Of a stretch of DNA of 64,000 nucleotides, positions 13,691 to 26,569 are shown piece after piece. The position numbers were made by a program, and so were the translations under genes. Where the stretch lies: positions 69,688,001 through 69,752,000 of the forward strand of contig CM052820.1 of the NCBI GenBank assembly GCA_028534125.1, written 5' to 3'. This stretch comes from Lama glama. Taxonomy: Eukaryota. A model generated the notes under the pieces. It worked only from the letters and a program-made list of their open reading frames with translations, ran no database searches and was not told the origin of the DNA. Every line of letters begins with the position of its first letter. Positions within the stretch are counted from its first letter, which is position 1.

Positions 13691-14892
13691 TATTGCACCG
13701 TAACTGTGTAGGAGACACAAATAAATTGAGATTCTTGATTTGAAAAAAAAAAATGATGGCTGACTTGCTGGTCAGTGATGGTGATAACCTGACTTACCCA
13801 GCAACTCCAGTGTATGTGCTATCTTCCAAGCATCATTGGCTTATTTTACTTCTTTCCTCCCCGCAAATTAACATTATCAGAGATGAGACATACAACTGAA
13901 GGGACTATATACACAGCCTTTTGTTATCAGTATTTCTTTATGATCAGTATTTGCGGTCAAATCTCCTTATTTATCAACACAAGTGGTTCATATGTCTAAT
14001 ATGTATCATGATGAAATGAATAATTCAGTCTCACAACACAAGGTACACATTCAAACTGAATCAGTGTTTTAAGAGAGTGGCTGAGAGGCAGCTTGAAAAC
14101 AGTTAATTTAATTCTTTAGTAAAATATAAACTTCATTAGGGTGAATTAAAATGTCTTTCTGGGAGGTACAGATAGATAGCTTTGCCTTTAAAAAGTTATA
14201 ACCTGGCATAGAACAGAAGCTAAATGTTAACCTATCATGTGCCAGAATTCATCAGATCTATAAAATACACATTAAAAAGTGTAGAAATTGAAACCATTGC
14301 ATAAAGACTTTTGACATTCCTATAGTAAATATGTTCTTAAAAATCTAGCACTTTCCATAGTTGTAGCAAGTTGTAAACAGTTAATAATGCAATTTGGAGC
14401 AAAGAAAACATCACAGCCTATAGGTTTTATAGCTAATTCAAATGTGTACCATCAGAAAACTTTAATTTATTTATAGCTAAGTTTCTCAACACAAGAAAGG
14501 GTAGGAATTTCCAAATTTGTTTTAAAGTTTGTCTTTAGCCAGTATTTATAGCCCTTTCAGCTAGATATAGCAATCTTCTTGCTTTCTATCAACATTAAAC
14601 TGATGGATTATTCTTCTCGATAAGCTAACCGCATAAGGATATGGGAGATTTTCCTAAACAAAGAATGGAATGTATATAGCGAATGAATCACTGTTAGCCA
14701 TTACTGGGCTCTTGGCCAAAATTTCTAATCAAGTGTTTTCTGCTGACCTGGTGTAAAGTCAGGAGCCTTCTTAACATGGAACTCCAGCGCCATGAAGGGC
14801 TCCACCAGTTGATTTGACTTGGCACTTACTTTGAATCCTTGTCCTACATTATGTCTTAGGGTACCCTGATTACACGACTCTAACCTCTTCAC

Positions 14893-15370
14893 TGTCGTGT
14901 TATTGCGCGCACTGTAGGAGTCCCCACGTGTCCCTGTGCTGTTATCACTTGCGTGAACAATGGCCCAACTTTCAGCTGCCAGCACCTGCACTTCTTTGCC
15001 CGAGGGCTTCCTGTCACAACTCCAGCTCCACTGCTGCCTTGTGCTGGGACAGACATGGCAGGAAACTAGGCCTGAGAGCTATCCTCAGCTGGAATGGATG
15101 GGAGCTATTATACAACTGTCCCAGCTCCCTTTCTCTGGAACTGAAGTAACTCTGAGGTGTCTTTACCCTGGTGTTTCCAGGGTGTTTATTCCGTGGAAGT
15201 GAACTCTAGTCCCCGACCGTAGGAGGTGGGTTCCCAGCACACACTTCACTGGCTGTCCTCCTTCCCTTGTTCACTTCTCCACTGTCCTCCTGGTATTTTC
15301 CTTTCCTTCCTGCCTCGTATTCTAATCCGTGTGTCCAGGCTTGCTTCTGGGAAACCCAAAATGAGATACA
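14893..15370 (+). mobile_element. ERVL solo LTR, LTR16-like
   Basis: TG...CA termini, internal ttcagctgccagcacctgc, and 3' end ggcttgcttctgggaaacccaaaatgagataca, typical of the LTR16 family as recalled. Confidence 0.7.
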
Positions 15371-16889
15371 CCTACCAGAACGCATTGAAAGGATGCTAAG
15401 CCTGTGCGCAACTCAGAATCTCAGACTATTCTAATACTTGGAGGACAGGAAAGCCTGCTTGTTCCTGTCAGATATCATCTCACGCTTCTCTTTTCTGGAT
15501 TTGGAACCGTTTACAGGAAACACACAGTGTCAGCTTCCCTGAAATACTGCGCAAATAGCAAATTAGGCTTTTGTTGTTAAGGGTTTAATTATTCTCAGTG
15601 AACTAGATGACGAAAGAATTTTGGGGTTACACTAATTTTAGCCAGGTAGAAAAGGCATGGAATTTGTTAGAGAAATGAAGGAGACTCACACCCTGAGAAA
15701 GACATTCAGAGGGATTCAGATCGCAGAAAACAATGCTATGCATTGAATGCCTCCGGACAGAACAGCCCGTTGTGCCTGAAGGGTTGCTGTGAATATTCTT
15801 GTCACTATTAGCCTTCCATTCAAGCTCTAATGGATTTTAGACCACACAAGACTGCCTAACAATCTAAGAATATCCAGATGTTGAGAGAATGTTGCCAGGT
15901 AGTCACTTAAAGAACATGGTACAAGTCTTTATGTTACTCCATTTTCCCTGAGACTGTCTATAAAAGTCATAGAAAAGCTTTATAAGACTGATAAAGATAT
16001 AGCTTGTATGACTTTTTGTCTGTTTTATTTTTTTAGGGTCTAGACAAATCCCTTTTATCTTTTCTCAGAGGGTCGTGCATCAGGCAGGTGTTGTCTTCCA
16101 GTGTGAGTTACCAAGGCAAAGCGCAATATCCCTAGCCATTTTGACACTGATTTTAAAGTAACAGTAAGTTTGTTTCTATTTTTTTCAATTTAGAGCACCG
16201 TAGTACTGTTCACTCTGACAGCACCTGAAAGAAGTGCAGAGACCGAGTCTCCTATTTACCTTCCAGCAGCGCCTACCAAAGAGGAGGCAATAATGCTGCC
16301 AACTGACAAGGCAGAATGACATCAGTTCTCCTATGGCTTGCGACCCCCTGAAGGAAACCTAAGTCCCTTTCATCCCACTTAATAAAAAGCTGCCTGTGGC
16401 CACTGACGGATGACAAGGTTTTTAGCAGCTAAATTTCAGATGTGTTTCTGTAGCCACCTCCAGACCAGAAGCCCTTATTTTCAAGCAGAACTTTTTTCTT
16501 TAAAGTGACTTGAGAACAATACATTTTTCTTGAAATTTTTATTTTACCCTTTATGATGTGGAGTGCTTCAAAAAAAACAAAACAAAACAAAACAAAAACA
16601 AAACCTCTTTGTGGAAATACGAAGAGCCCCTTCAGTGTTTTCTACTGGATTATATAAGGATTTCTATTTGCACATGCCTAATACAATTCTAACTCTCCAC
16701 CCCAGGCCAAATTCCATTTTGAACAATTTATTTAATCTCCTTGAATTTCAGTTTCTTTAAGAAAGATAACATCTAATATCAAAAGCTTGTTGCTACAGTT
16801 AAAAATAAGGCGTATATGAGAGCATTTTCAGTATCTCACCCCTATTAGTAGCTCTGCGAACAGAACTGGTCTCTCAAGTTCCACGTGCT

Positions 16890-17197
16890 CAGTCAGTCTC
16901 TGGGCTCTGCACACACCTCTAGATGATCCTAAGTCAGCCTGGCAGACGCCTACTCTCTCTCTAGGTCATTGCTCAAGCTGCACTCTAAAGTTTTCCTTGA
17001 CTCCTCCTGGCAGTTGTAGGCATTCCCTCCTGGTGTTTATCTCGAGTGCTCATTGCTTGTTTGCATGAGTGATTTCCTGCTCTTCTCTGAGCTCTTTGGT
17101 GACAGGAACTATGTCTTTTCATCTCTTTAGCTCTGGTTCATTGTGCATTGCTGTCCCCTGGTTGACACTATATGAATATCTGGTGATTGAATGAACA
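16890..17197 (+). mobile_element. L2 3' end fragment
   Basis: tgagctctttggtgacaggaactatgtcttttcatctct...gaatatctggtgattgaatgaa matches the L2 3' terminus. Confidence 0.65.
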
Positions 17198-18174
17198 TCA
17201 CCCAGGTGCATATGCCTCAGTCTGGCTAAAAATGTTTATAAATTTTACACCAAGATCAAAATTCACCTTTACCCAGGTGAGATATGATCCCATTTCAGGA
17301 AGTCTAACTTGAATGGAGAGAGATTTTTCCCTCCTTATAGACATTCTTGGTGGAATGGCTGAGTAATTTGTCCCTTCCTTGTTTCACGTCTGGTGTCTGA
17401 TCGTATGATTGAGAGATGGGAAGAGAGCAAGAATGTCCACAAATCAGAAGTAATGAATGTCACCCTATTCTCTGTATGTCCTATGTACCAGCATAGTGTG
17501 TGACATGGAATAAATGCTGAATCATATTTTTAAATCAATAGACTTATCTACTTTGTAAGAACTGAAAGTTTGGAGGGCATAGTCTAGTGATTTAGCCTCT
17601 AGTACGCATTGTATTTCTCTGAAATTCAGGGTGATGAGTCTGCATATCTGCCGTCACAAGCCTTTATTTACCGTCAGTGGTATATAAGTGGATGCCTGTT
17701 TTCTGTGAACAGTAATATCGTTAGATCACGTCAATAGCTACAGATAAGTCCCTTCTCATTTCCACACATGTTATGAATCAATGGCAGCAAGACACCCATC
17801 AGAGTGCAGAGCAATAAACAATCTTCTGATGACTGATACTTTTGATACCACCCTGCTGTTTTTTGGAGGAACTTCCAATGATTGGCTTCTCAGGGTGTCT
17901 GTTCATGACCAGATGTGTTGAATTGAAGGGACTGGCTCATTGTCGGTATAATCCTTCTGTGCCACTGTAATCCTCACATGACCTACTTCTTATTTGTGCA
18001 AACTTTTTCCTATTACTGCTTTTCTTCGGCTCTTGAGACAATTTATATATGTGTAAAGTTTTACTTATATATAATACATATTTGAGTATATATAGATACA
18101 TGTTCATATGTATCGTTATCAACACATCTATAATAATACAGTATTCAAATTTTATTTAATTAGTAGACAGCAGA

Positions 18175-18316
18175 TTGGATTAAGACTACTCTAATGGCCT
18201 CCTTTTTACTTAATTTCATATTTAAAGACCCTATCTCCAGATGTAGTCACAGCCTATGATATTGGGCATTAAGGCTGTGACATACGAATTTTAGGGAGTA
18301 TGACTCACTTCATACA
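18175..18316 (-). mobile_element. MaLR LTR fragment (MLT1-like)
   Basis: aaagaccctatctccagatgtagtcacag...catacgaattttagggag matches an MLT1 terminus. Confidence 0.65.
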
Positions 18317-18319
18317 GGT

Positions 18320-18640
18320 TACATAAGAGAATATCCCATTTTTAGGAGATACATGTAGAAGTCAAATATCATGATATCTGCAATTTATTTCAAATGGTTT
18401 AGCATGAAAAAAACAGTGTATGTATGTATGTGTGTAACAAACACATGCACATGTTCTCTTTCTCTGTCTCTTCCCATCTCTGCTCTGTCTCTCTTCCCTT
18501 CTTTCCTCCATCTCTCTTCCTCCCTACTCTCTAACTCACCCTTCCTTCTCTCTAAGGACAATATTCTAACAATTGATGAATCTGCATAAAAGGTACTCTT
18601 TCACCTTAAAAGCTGAGAATTTTCAAAATAAAAAATTTGA
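18320..18640 (+). mobile_element. Old L1 (L1MC/L1ME-type) 3' UTR fragment
   Basis: taagagaatatcccatttttaggagatacatg...atgatatctgcaatttatttcaaatggtt...ttttcaaaataaaaa. Confidence 0.55.
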
Positions 18641-19224
18641 AGAGGAACCAAGATATGTAAGACATGACTCTATTCCATAAGAGCCTTATAATCTAGTTAA
18701 GAAATGGAAGATACGTACAGATGGGTCTCAAACAAAGTGGTAACTGGTGAAATAATAGGCACAGCTCACACAAAGGAATGGGGATGTTTCACTTACGCTC
18801 CTTTTTCACCTGAGACCAGAGCAAATTACATATATATTAAACTACAACAACACCACACCATGATAATATGGTAGAAGTTTGGCATTTCTCCCTGGTTTCT
18901 TACTGACACTTTCCATTTAATTTATGTGACCAGTACATTAAAAACACTTTTATGTAAATTTCCTTAACATTTTGCTTGTCCTGAAATTCACTTGACATAT
19001 TTAGATTCTTCATAAGATAATGGGAATGTTCATACTGGGTGAAACTTTTGGAATCTGTATCAGAAGGTACATTTTCCTCAAAAAAACATTTTGAATGTTA
19101 CATTCTAACTTCTATTTGTGATATTTAGAACCCAGCTGTCTGTGGACATACCTATTTTAATTTCCAGCCTCTGTTGATAATTTTTTAATGTTAAGGCTTT
19201 TTTGAGTACCAGTAAGAACTTCTC

Positions 19225-19410
19225 ATCTATTTACTTGTTTAATCCTCAGAAAGGCCATATGAAAATGGTTTTTCTCCACCTTGCAGACAAGGTAATGGAG
19301 CCATAGAAAGGTTTAGTAACTTGTTCACAGCTAGTAAACATTAGAACTAGAATTTTAACGAAGGTAGTCTTAACTGTGAACTCATAATCTCAATTGCTGT
19401 GCTATACTGC
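19225..19410 (-). mobile_element. MIR SINE
   Basis: ttaatcctcag...ttgcagacaaggtaatggagccatagaaaggtttagtaacttgttcacagctagtaa...tgtgctatactgc. Confidence 0.75.
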
Positions 19411-22400
19411 ACCTGTTTGGAAAAATCAGGAACTTTTTTGGTCCGTCTAATTCAGTACTATACTATTTAATGGACAGAGTTTTAGTTTTTCTTTTGTTTT
19501 TATTCCTTCTTTTTCTTACTCTTTACTCCCGTTCATTTCACCACAGTTTTAATAATAAATATGTTACGTTTTATTTAAAATGTTTATGCTTTTCATGTAT
19601 TTCAGTCAGGCTTGTTTAACTGCTAGAACACAGACGTTTCAAACAATGGTAACCGAAGATGTTAATGTTTGATTAAATATACAAACTCTCCACAGCATTC
19701 AAAACCAAAAGTTTAAATAGGCTAAGGATTCCTGGAGACTAAAGCTGGAAATGGATTTTGTTATCAGAACATTTTTATCAGGATATTCTTTCTTTCTCCC
19801 TCTGTTAGCTAAAAAGTGTAGACTTCCTAGTTCACAACCCCAAGAGAAATGATTTGATTAATTTTGGTCATTAGATTATGCATAAGATATACATTGATTA
19901 CTCTTGGGCCAGATTCCTGTCGTTGACTGGCTGCTTGTGATTAAGAGTAGTGATTGGGGAGGGTTAGTGTGAGGTCACGTACTATAAAGTGTGTCTGTTT
20001 TGCAAGGGTTATGGGAAGAGGATCACAAAGAATTGTGACTGGTTGAGCCTATTAAAATGCAATGACTTTATAAATTTTATTCAGAGCTGTTTCCAGTCTT
20101 TGTCATCGCTGCCAGAAACACAATCATTTTGTTTTATTTCTGCTAGGAAAGCTGACCTTCCTACCCCAGTGTTACCCTTACTCTACCACTATTGCCTCAT
20201 CTGATCATGGGTTGTGTTAAAGGCTTCGTTGAGGTTTGTTAGAGCTTTGAAGAAGCACTGCAACTACAACTAATCACAGGATTCCATTTAAAATTCTCCG
20301 TAGTAAGAGTTATGTAGATAACATTTTCCATTTTGTTTCTAATACTGCTCCTATTTATGCTCTGCCTGTTTTGGCCACGGCAGCATGTTGGGTTGATGTC
20401 TTCAGAGAACCATCAGTTCTGGTTATAGTCTCAACAATCCATTTTAGAATAAGGACAGTAAGATGAGATCACCAGTGCAGACCAAGAGAGCAAGTAATAT
20501 GAGCAGAGCCCAGCTTCCTGCCCAAATAATTGTGAATATGTTTCCCTAAATGCATTACCTTAAGCTTGCTCGTTTGAAGCTCACATGACATTTTTCTCTC
20601 AAGATACAGCCTCTTAAAACTTTCCAACAGCTTATGCACATTGGCTTGACATTTCACTACTCTTTTAGTAAAAGCTTAGTGTGATTTGCTAACTTGGAGA
20701 TTTTGGTGTGCTGTTTCTCTCCAACTGTTTATACCAAATGTAAAGTAAGAATTGTCCCAGAATGGATCTGTGGAGACCTTTCTTTTTTTACATTTTATCC
20801 AGAGTTTTACCTTTTTTTCTTTGTCATTACTAAATTAGATCTTTATTCCGACCAAAATGTTAAATGGTTTTCACACCAGAAATTAACATAACATTGTAAA
20901 TCAACTATACCTTAATAAAATTTAAAAGATAGGTAGTTTTAAATACAGAATTTTACAAGATTCTTTACGAAAATCTCGCTATATTACATCAAGTGGTAGC
21001 CTTTTCTTTGAAAAATGCATTTGTGTTTTCTCAAAGAGCTCTCAACAGACCCAGCTTATAGCTAGTTTCTAATAAAGCTGTGGAGATTATGAAACTGGAT
21101 GGCAGACAGATGGCCCTTCTTCAGATTTTATCACCAGCACCTTGAACTGTGCGTGCATATTATCGGGGCTCAGCAAGCATTTGTTCCACTGAAGTTGTTT
21201 TCTGCCTCTTAGCAGCATCTCAGTTTTTCTTCTGTAGCCTTAAGTTTTCAATTAATATAGAATTCACTAGCTTATTTAATATGGATGCGAGGCTTACCAA
21301 CTGCATCAACCACAGCAGCACCCAAAATCAGAGTCCTTTGGGCAAGTACTTATTTCTCTAGCAAACTGACATGTATAACTTAAAACACATGGATATAAAA
21401 TGACCATTATTTCCTATCATTATTCCCAAACCCTCAATTAAAAAGAAATAGCATCTTGTGAAATAAGTGTGGGACAGTGAAAGGAGGAAAACATGTCCAG
21501 GTTGAGTGTCTTCTACATATTAAATGCTTTCTCTAATTCAGCAAAATGCATTTTTTAGTAATTGAAGTATAGTTGATTTTCAATGTTTACCAGGTGTAGA
21601 GCAAAGTGGTTCAGTTATGTATGTCTATTAAGAATCAAATAGTTACTTGAGATCAGAGTTGGATAAATATTGCTTGGGTATTTTGATGTGAAAATTCAGA
21701 CAATGATACTGGGCAGATCCTGAAATTATAAGTGACTTATATCTAACTGGTTTTAGGAGTATTCCATAAAGATTAAAATCTTTGCTTTGAAATTGCTTAC
21801 AAGATTATGTTGGATTTCAAATAATTTAAGTAGCATGCCTGATGACAAGTGAAATCATCTTTCACAGAGAGTTTGACAATTTCTTCATGAAATTAACTTC
21901 CTTGAATTTAGCGTTTTAACTTTAACCAGTTAACTTTCACTTTAATGATGATACCGGTGTGGGTTCTAGTGGAAATGGAGAAATCTGTCTTTAAACAACT
22001 TCTCATAACTGTTGATTAAAAAAGAGAGAAGGGAAAGGAAGAGAGAGGGAGAGAGGGAGGATGGAAAGAAAACTCAGATTACAGACTTTTAGGGCGTCAT
22101 TATCTGCACGGCTGTGTAGTGTGCTCACACGTAAAAAAGCTTGTGAGTCTGCAGTGCTCACTTTCAGTTAGCAATTTACATGTAAGTGCTGTCACCTTTA
22201 CTTACACACATAGCAGAAGTGATGAATAATGCACGTGCGTCAATTAACCTTTCACAGACTCACAGCTCGTTAGAGCTCTACCTACAGTTATTTCAATGGT
22301 CCAAATACTCCAGTAGAAACTCAAAATTACAGTGTTACTGCAATCATTTGTCTGTCAGACAAAAATATTGTATATACTATAGAGACAACTGACTGTTTTT

Positions 22401-22824
22401 CCCAAAGCTTTTACTTTCTATTTGGAAAAGCAAGGTAGAAAGTCTAAATATTGTTTTTGATATTTATAAATGATAGTTAAAATATAATAAGAACTATAAA
22501 AATTTTAGTTTTTTAAGCACATAACACTATAGGAGAAAGGAAAATATTGGGAGGAAATTGAGCACAGCACATTTTCATAAATGAAGAGACCTGGAGTTTT
22601 AAACGAAACCCTGTAATGACTTACCTGTATGATCCTGGGCAAAGCACTTTATGCCTCCAGGCCTATATTATAATTTAATAATCCTACCATCCAGGGTGGA
22701 GAGAAGATAGTTTCGTCAGAGTAGTACAGAAGTCAGCATTAGCTCAGAGTGTATTTTCATCTGGTACAATTTACCAGTGCATTTTGAATTTGATTTTTTT
22801 TGATAGCATCATTTTTCTGTGATG

Positions 22825-23130
22825 GTGGGTCACGTGTACAGCATGGAGATGCTGGACAGAGGTAACTCCTGTCCCGGGTGGGAGAGAGCAGGACAGTGTG
22901 AGATTTCACAACATTACTAAGCGTACACATCATTTAAAGCTTATGAATTACTTCTGAAATTTTCCATGTAGTATTTTCAGGCCACGGCTGACCGTGGGTG
23001 ACTGAAACCATGGAAAGTAAAACCATAGGTGTGGGGGCTGCTGTGTGGTTCCTATTGAATGTGTATCACTTTCACACCATCATACAGTCAAAAAAAATCA
23101 TAAGTTGAACTGTAAGTCAGGGATTGTCTA
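22825..23130. mobile_element. TcMar-Tigger remnants (MER44-like end abutting a MER47-like end)
   Basis: ggtgactgaaaccatggaaagtaaaaccataggtgtggggctgctg resembles a MER44/Tigger7 terminus; attgaatgtgtatcactttcacaccatcatacagtcaaaaaaaatcataagttgaac resembles a Tigger5/MER47 terminus with CpG decay. Confidence 0.65.
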
Positions 23131-23822
23131 TATATATTTTTTGAAACAGGTTGACTGTCAGATGGAGATCACATATGTTTCTGATAGTTCACTGCGTTTA
23201 TTCATAATGGGATATGAACTTTATTTTACTTGTGTTATCTCCTGTGGCAAAACAAAACAAAGTGTGGGAGCACTTACTGAGGAAATTACAGATAATGTGA
23301 TCTTAGACCTCTGAATTTTCTGAGTATTGATAAAAATGGATTACTCAAATAACTTTTCTTTTTACTGAAATAAAATAAAATTAGCTTATAATAGTTATAT
23401 TTGTCTTTTAAATTGCTGATTTTCCTAAGTAATAATTTCACATAATATTTGCTGTTAGTAGCACATTTGATTTCTATTTCTCTTAAAGTGGTGGGAAGTA
23501 TTTCAGATACCATTTGCCTTAATCATGAATATTTATCACATGAATATTTTTCAGTTATAAATGTTTGAAAACTTCATTCAAATCAGATTAAGCAATAAGG
23601 GGGAAATTCATTGGCTCAGATTACTGAATATAGTGAGTGCTGACTTTCGCATGAGTGGATTTAGGGATCCGAAATACACCCTCAGGACCTCTGTTTTGTC
23701 CATTTGGTTTGCTGAACAAATCTGGTTCACTGCTATGCTAATTACCAGTTAGTTGAACTGTCAATATCTATTTTAAATTCTTACTAAATGGAGGGGTGGT
23801 CTCCTAAATAATTTTTACATAC

Positions 23823-24237
23823 TATATCAGTCAGAGTTCCACCAAGGAAAAAAAATGGAACCAGTAGGATTTATAAATATGTATAGTTTTCTTATAAGGA
23901 ATTGACTTATGCGGTTGTGGGAGCTAGCTAGTTAGATGAAAACGCTTAGGGCAAGGAGTCAGGAAGTCAGACTGGAAGTCTTGAACAGGAGCTGATGCTG
24001 CATTCATTCCACATATGGGTTTTCTTCTTCAGGGAAACCATGGTTCTGCTTTTAAACTTCCCAACTGATTGAATCAAGCCCGTCTAGATCTCTGAGGAGA
24101 ATCTTAGCATAAAGTCAGCTGATTACAGATGTTAATCACATATACAAAACATCTGCACAGTAACACTGAGGTTAGTGGTTGACTGAATAACTGGAGACTG
24201 TAGCTTGCTAAATTGACACGTAAAGCTGAATGTCATA
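23823..24237 (-). mobile_element. ERVL solo LTR, MLT2-like
   Basis: ttataaggaattgacttatgcggttgtgggagct...caactgattgaatcaagccc...taaagtcagctgattacagatgttaatcacat...aaattgacacgtaaa are MLT2 hallmarks. Confidence 0.8.
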
Positions 24238-24689
24238 GAAGAAAAAGTCATGAAGATCGAGCAGCAAACAATAACTCAAGACCTTTCTGGGGAGCTTCTG
24301 ATACAAGTGTTATTCAAACAGTCTGCTTTCTTTGAATAAAACTAATCGGCCTCCGTATAAGAAATTACTAAATTGGAAAAAGGTTTTACCATTACTGAAT
24401 AGCCTATTGTCTTTAATTCTTTCACTATGACACTAACAAGAGCTTGTGAGAGAAATGGTTTCTATCAGTTAACAATCTGCAGAGCTACCCTGCTCAGCCA
24501 TCTCTGAGTCCCCATACATTGTACAGCACATTTCTCTTCAATGATCTTGCTTCCTGTGTGCTTTAGACGTGTGTGCTAGATGCTTTAGCATTCCCTGTTG
24601 TATCCACAGAACCTTGAGCTTAGTAGGTGTTCAATTAGTATTTCTGGGAAGAAGTGAATAGGGAGGAGAAGAGAGAACTGGATAATAAA

Positions 24690-24875
24690 TATTTTTCAAT
24701 ATTTTGCCACTATTAATAATGTTACAGTGAATAACTTAGTGCATATGTTGTCTCTTAATTTGGTGAAGATGCATCTTCAAAGATAAATTTCTGGAATACA
24801 GATTGCTGGATCAAAGAGTAAATGCAGATTTAATTTTATTAGATGCCACCCAAATTCCCACCACAGGGATTGTAG
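24690..24875 (-). mobile_element. Old L1 (L1ME-type) fragment
   Basis: ataatgttacagtgaataacttagtgcat...gattgctggatcaaagagta. Confidence 0.6.
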
Positions 24876-26569
24876 AAATTGGAGATTTCAGCAAGCTCTC
24901 CAGGAGATTATTGTGCACAATAAAGAACATGGATATTTACCTTTTTGATGTTAGCTCTTTGTCAGAAAATAATGCACCTATAAAAATACATTTCTGCTGG
25001 CATGCTTATAGAGCCCTCCGTGACTGGTTGTTGATGGGACCCCTAAAGGGCATCGTGGTCAAGAAACCCTCACCTAGAAGTGTCTCCCAATTATTAAAAT
25101 ACTTGTTTTGCCAACTGAGCAAGGACAGTCATTTCCCTTTGTCAGCTTCCTTTGGCCTGTGCAGCCTTAGCCACACTTAGTCCTTCACTTGATCTTGTAA
25201 TTCTGCTCAACACTGAGACAAAGAATTTGGATAATGTCACTGCTGAAGAAGTTATTGCTTTACAGGACTCTGGCCTTATTTTTCTCAGTATATCTGCTTT
25301 TCACAGCTAGGGAAGTGAACATCAAAGAAATTTTAATATTTTTTACAGTGTGATTTTATCTATGTAAACATATGAGTTTTCATCATTGCAATATAACTGC
25401 ACATTTTATTCCAAGAGCAAACTGAGATGCACACTCCTGTATAAACAGTAAGTAATATATAAAAAACTAGGTGGTAGTTAAAGTTCCATTTATTTACATG
25501 CTGTTTTTCCCTTCATTTAGTGAGAATTTAAAATAGAAATTGACAGTTCACCTAACTGGTAATTAGCATAGCAGTGAACCAGATTTGTTCAGCAGTCCAC
25601 AACTTCATGGATACCTACCTTAGCTGCTTCTGAGAAGCCATCTGTGTTATTTCAGCTCAGAAAAATGCCTTTATAAACCAATAGGACTTCCTTAAGTGCG
25701 GAAATTAGGTTATACATCTCTGCATATTTCAAAGAGCAACTTTTTGACATCTAATATATTACTGCACAAGTCTACTGTTCCACATGAATCAAGTATATGG
25801 AGCATGAGCTCTCAAGGACTGACCTCCTGCGTACTGACCCCTGAAGGAGTCCTAAGATAGCATTGCCCATGGTCATGAAAAAGAAGTATGGCCAGACTGT
25901 AAAACCCATTCTTCGTATTAAATGGAATGACACCTTGAGATCTTATCAGAAAGGTAGACTTCCTGAGAAAAATCTGAAGGCTGAATATATTCCAGAGATA
26001 TGTTTTTCAAACGTTACTATAGTACTAGAATGCTGCTCTGTAATCGTTCTCATTCTCACTCAATTAATTATCAAGTCCTGTTTATGCAGACCTCAAAATA
26101 GTTCTTGACCGTCTCCTCTTTTCCATTTACCCCCTGCACCAATGCATGGACAGTATTATATTCTTAAAATTCATGTTGATTATATAAATATCCTATATTA
26201 AAGTAAACAGAGAAACAAAACTTTTTCTACCTTCTGAAAGTAGACGGTCAGACACAGGAATATCATATCTTACCATGAACTAGTATCACTGCTCCCTACA
26301 AGTTCTCCAAAGAGAATTATGTGCTGAAGAAGACAATGTAATCAAATTGAGGCAGAGCAGTAATTTACTATTAGCTAATGATTTTGGTCCAGGGAAGAAT
26401 TCCAGTGACCTATGCTGGATTGTGTGGAAAACTAACTCATTCTCATATGCTAGAATAGTCTTATCCATATTTTTTGCCCCTTTAACCAATCTCAAGTTTG
26501 AGTTTTAGATTTTATTTTCCAATATGAGAAAATCAGTCCAGAACTTACATAGATATATGAAGAGACAGA

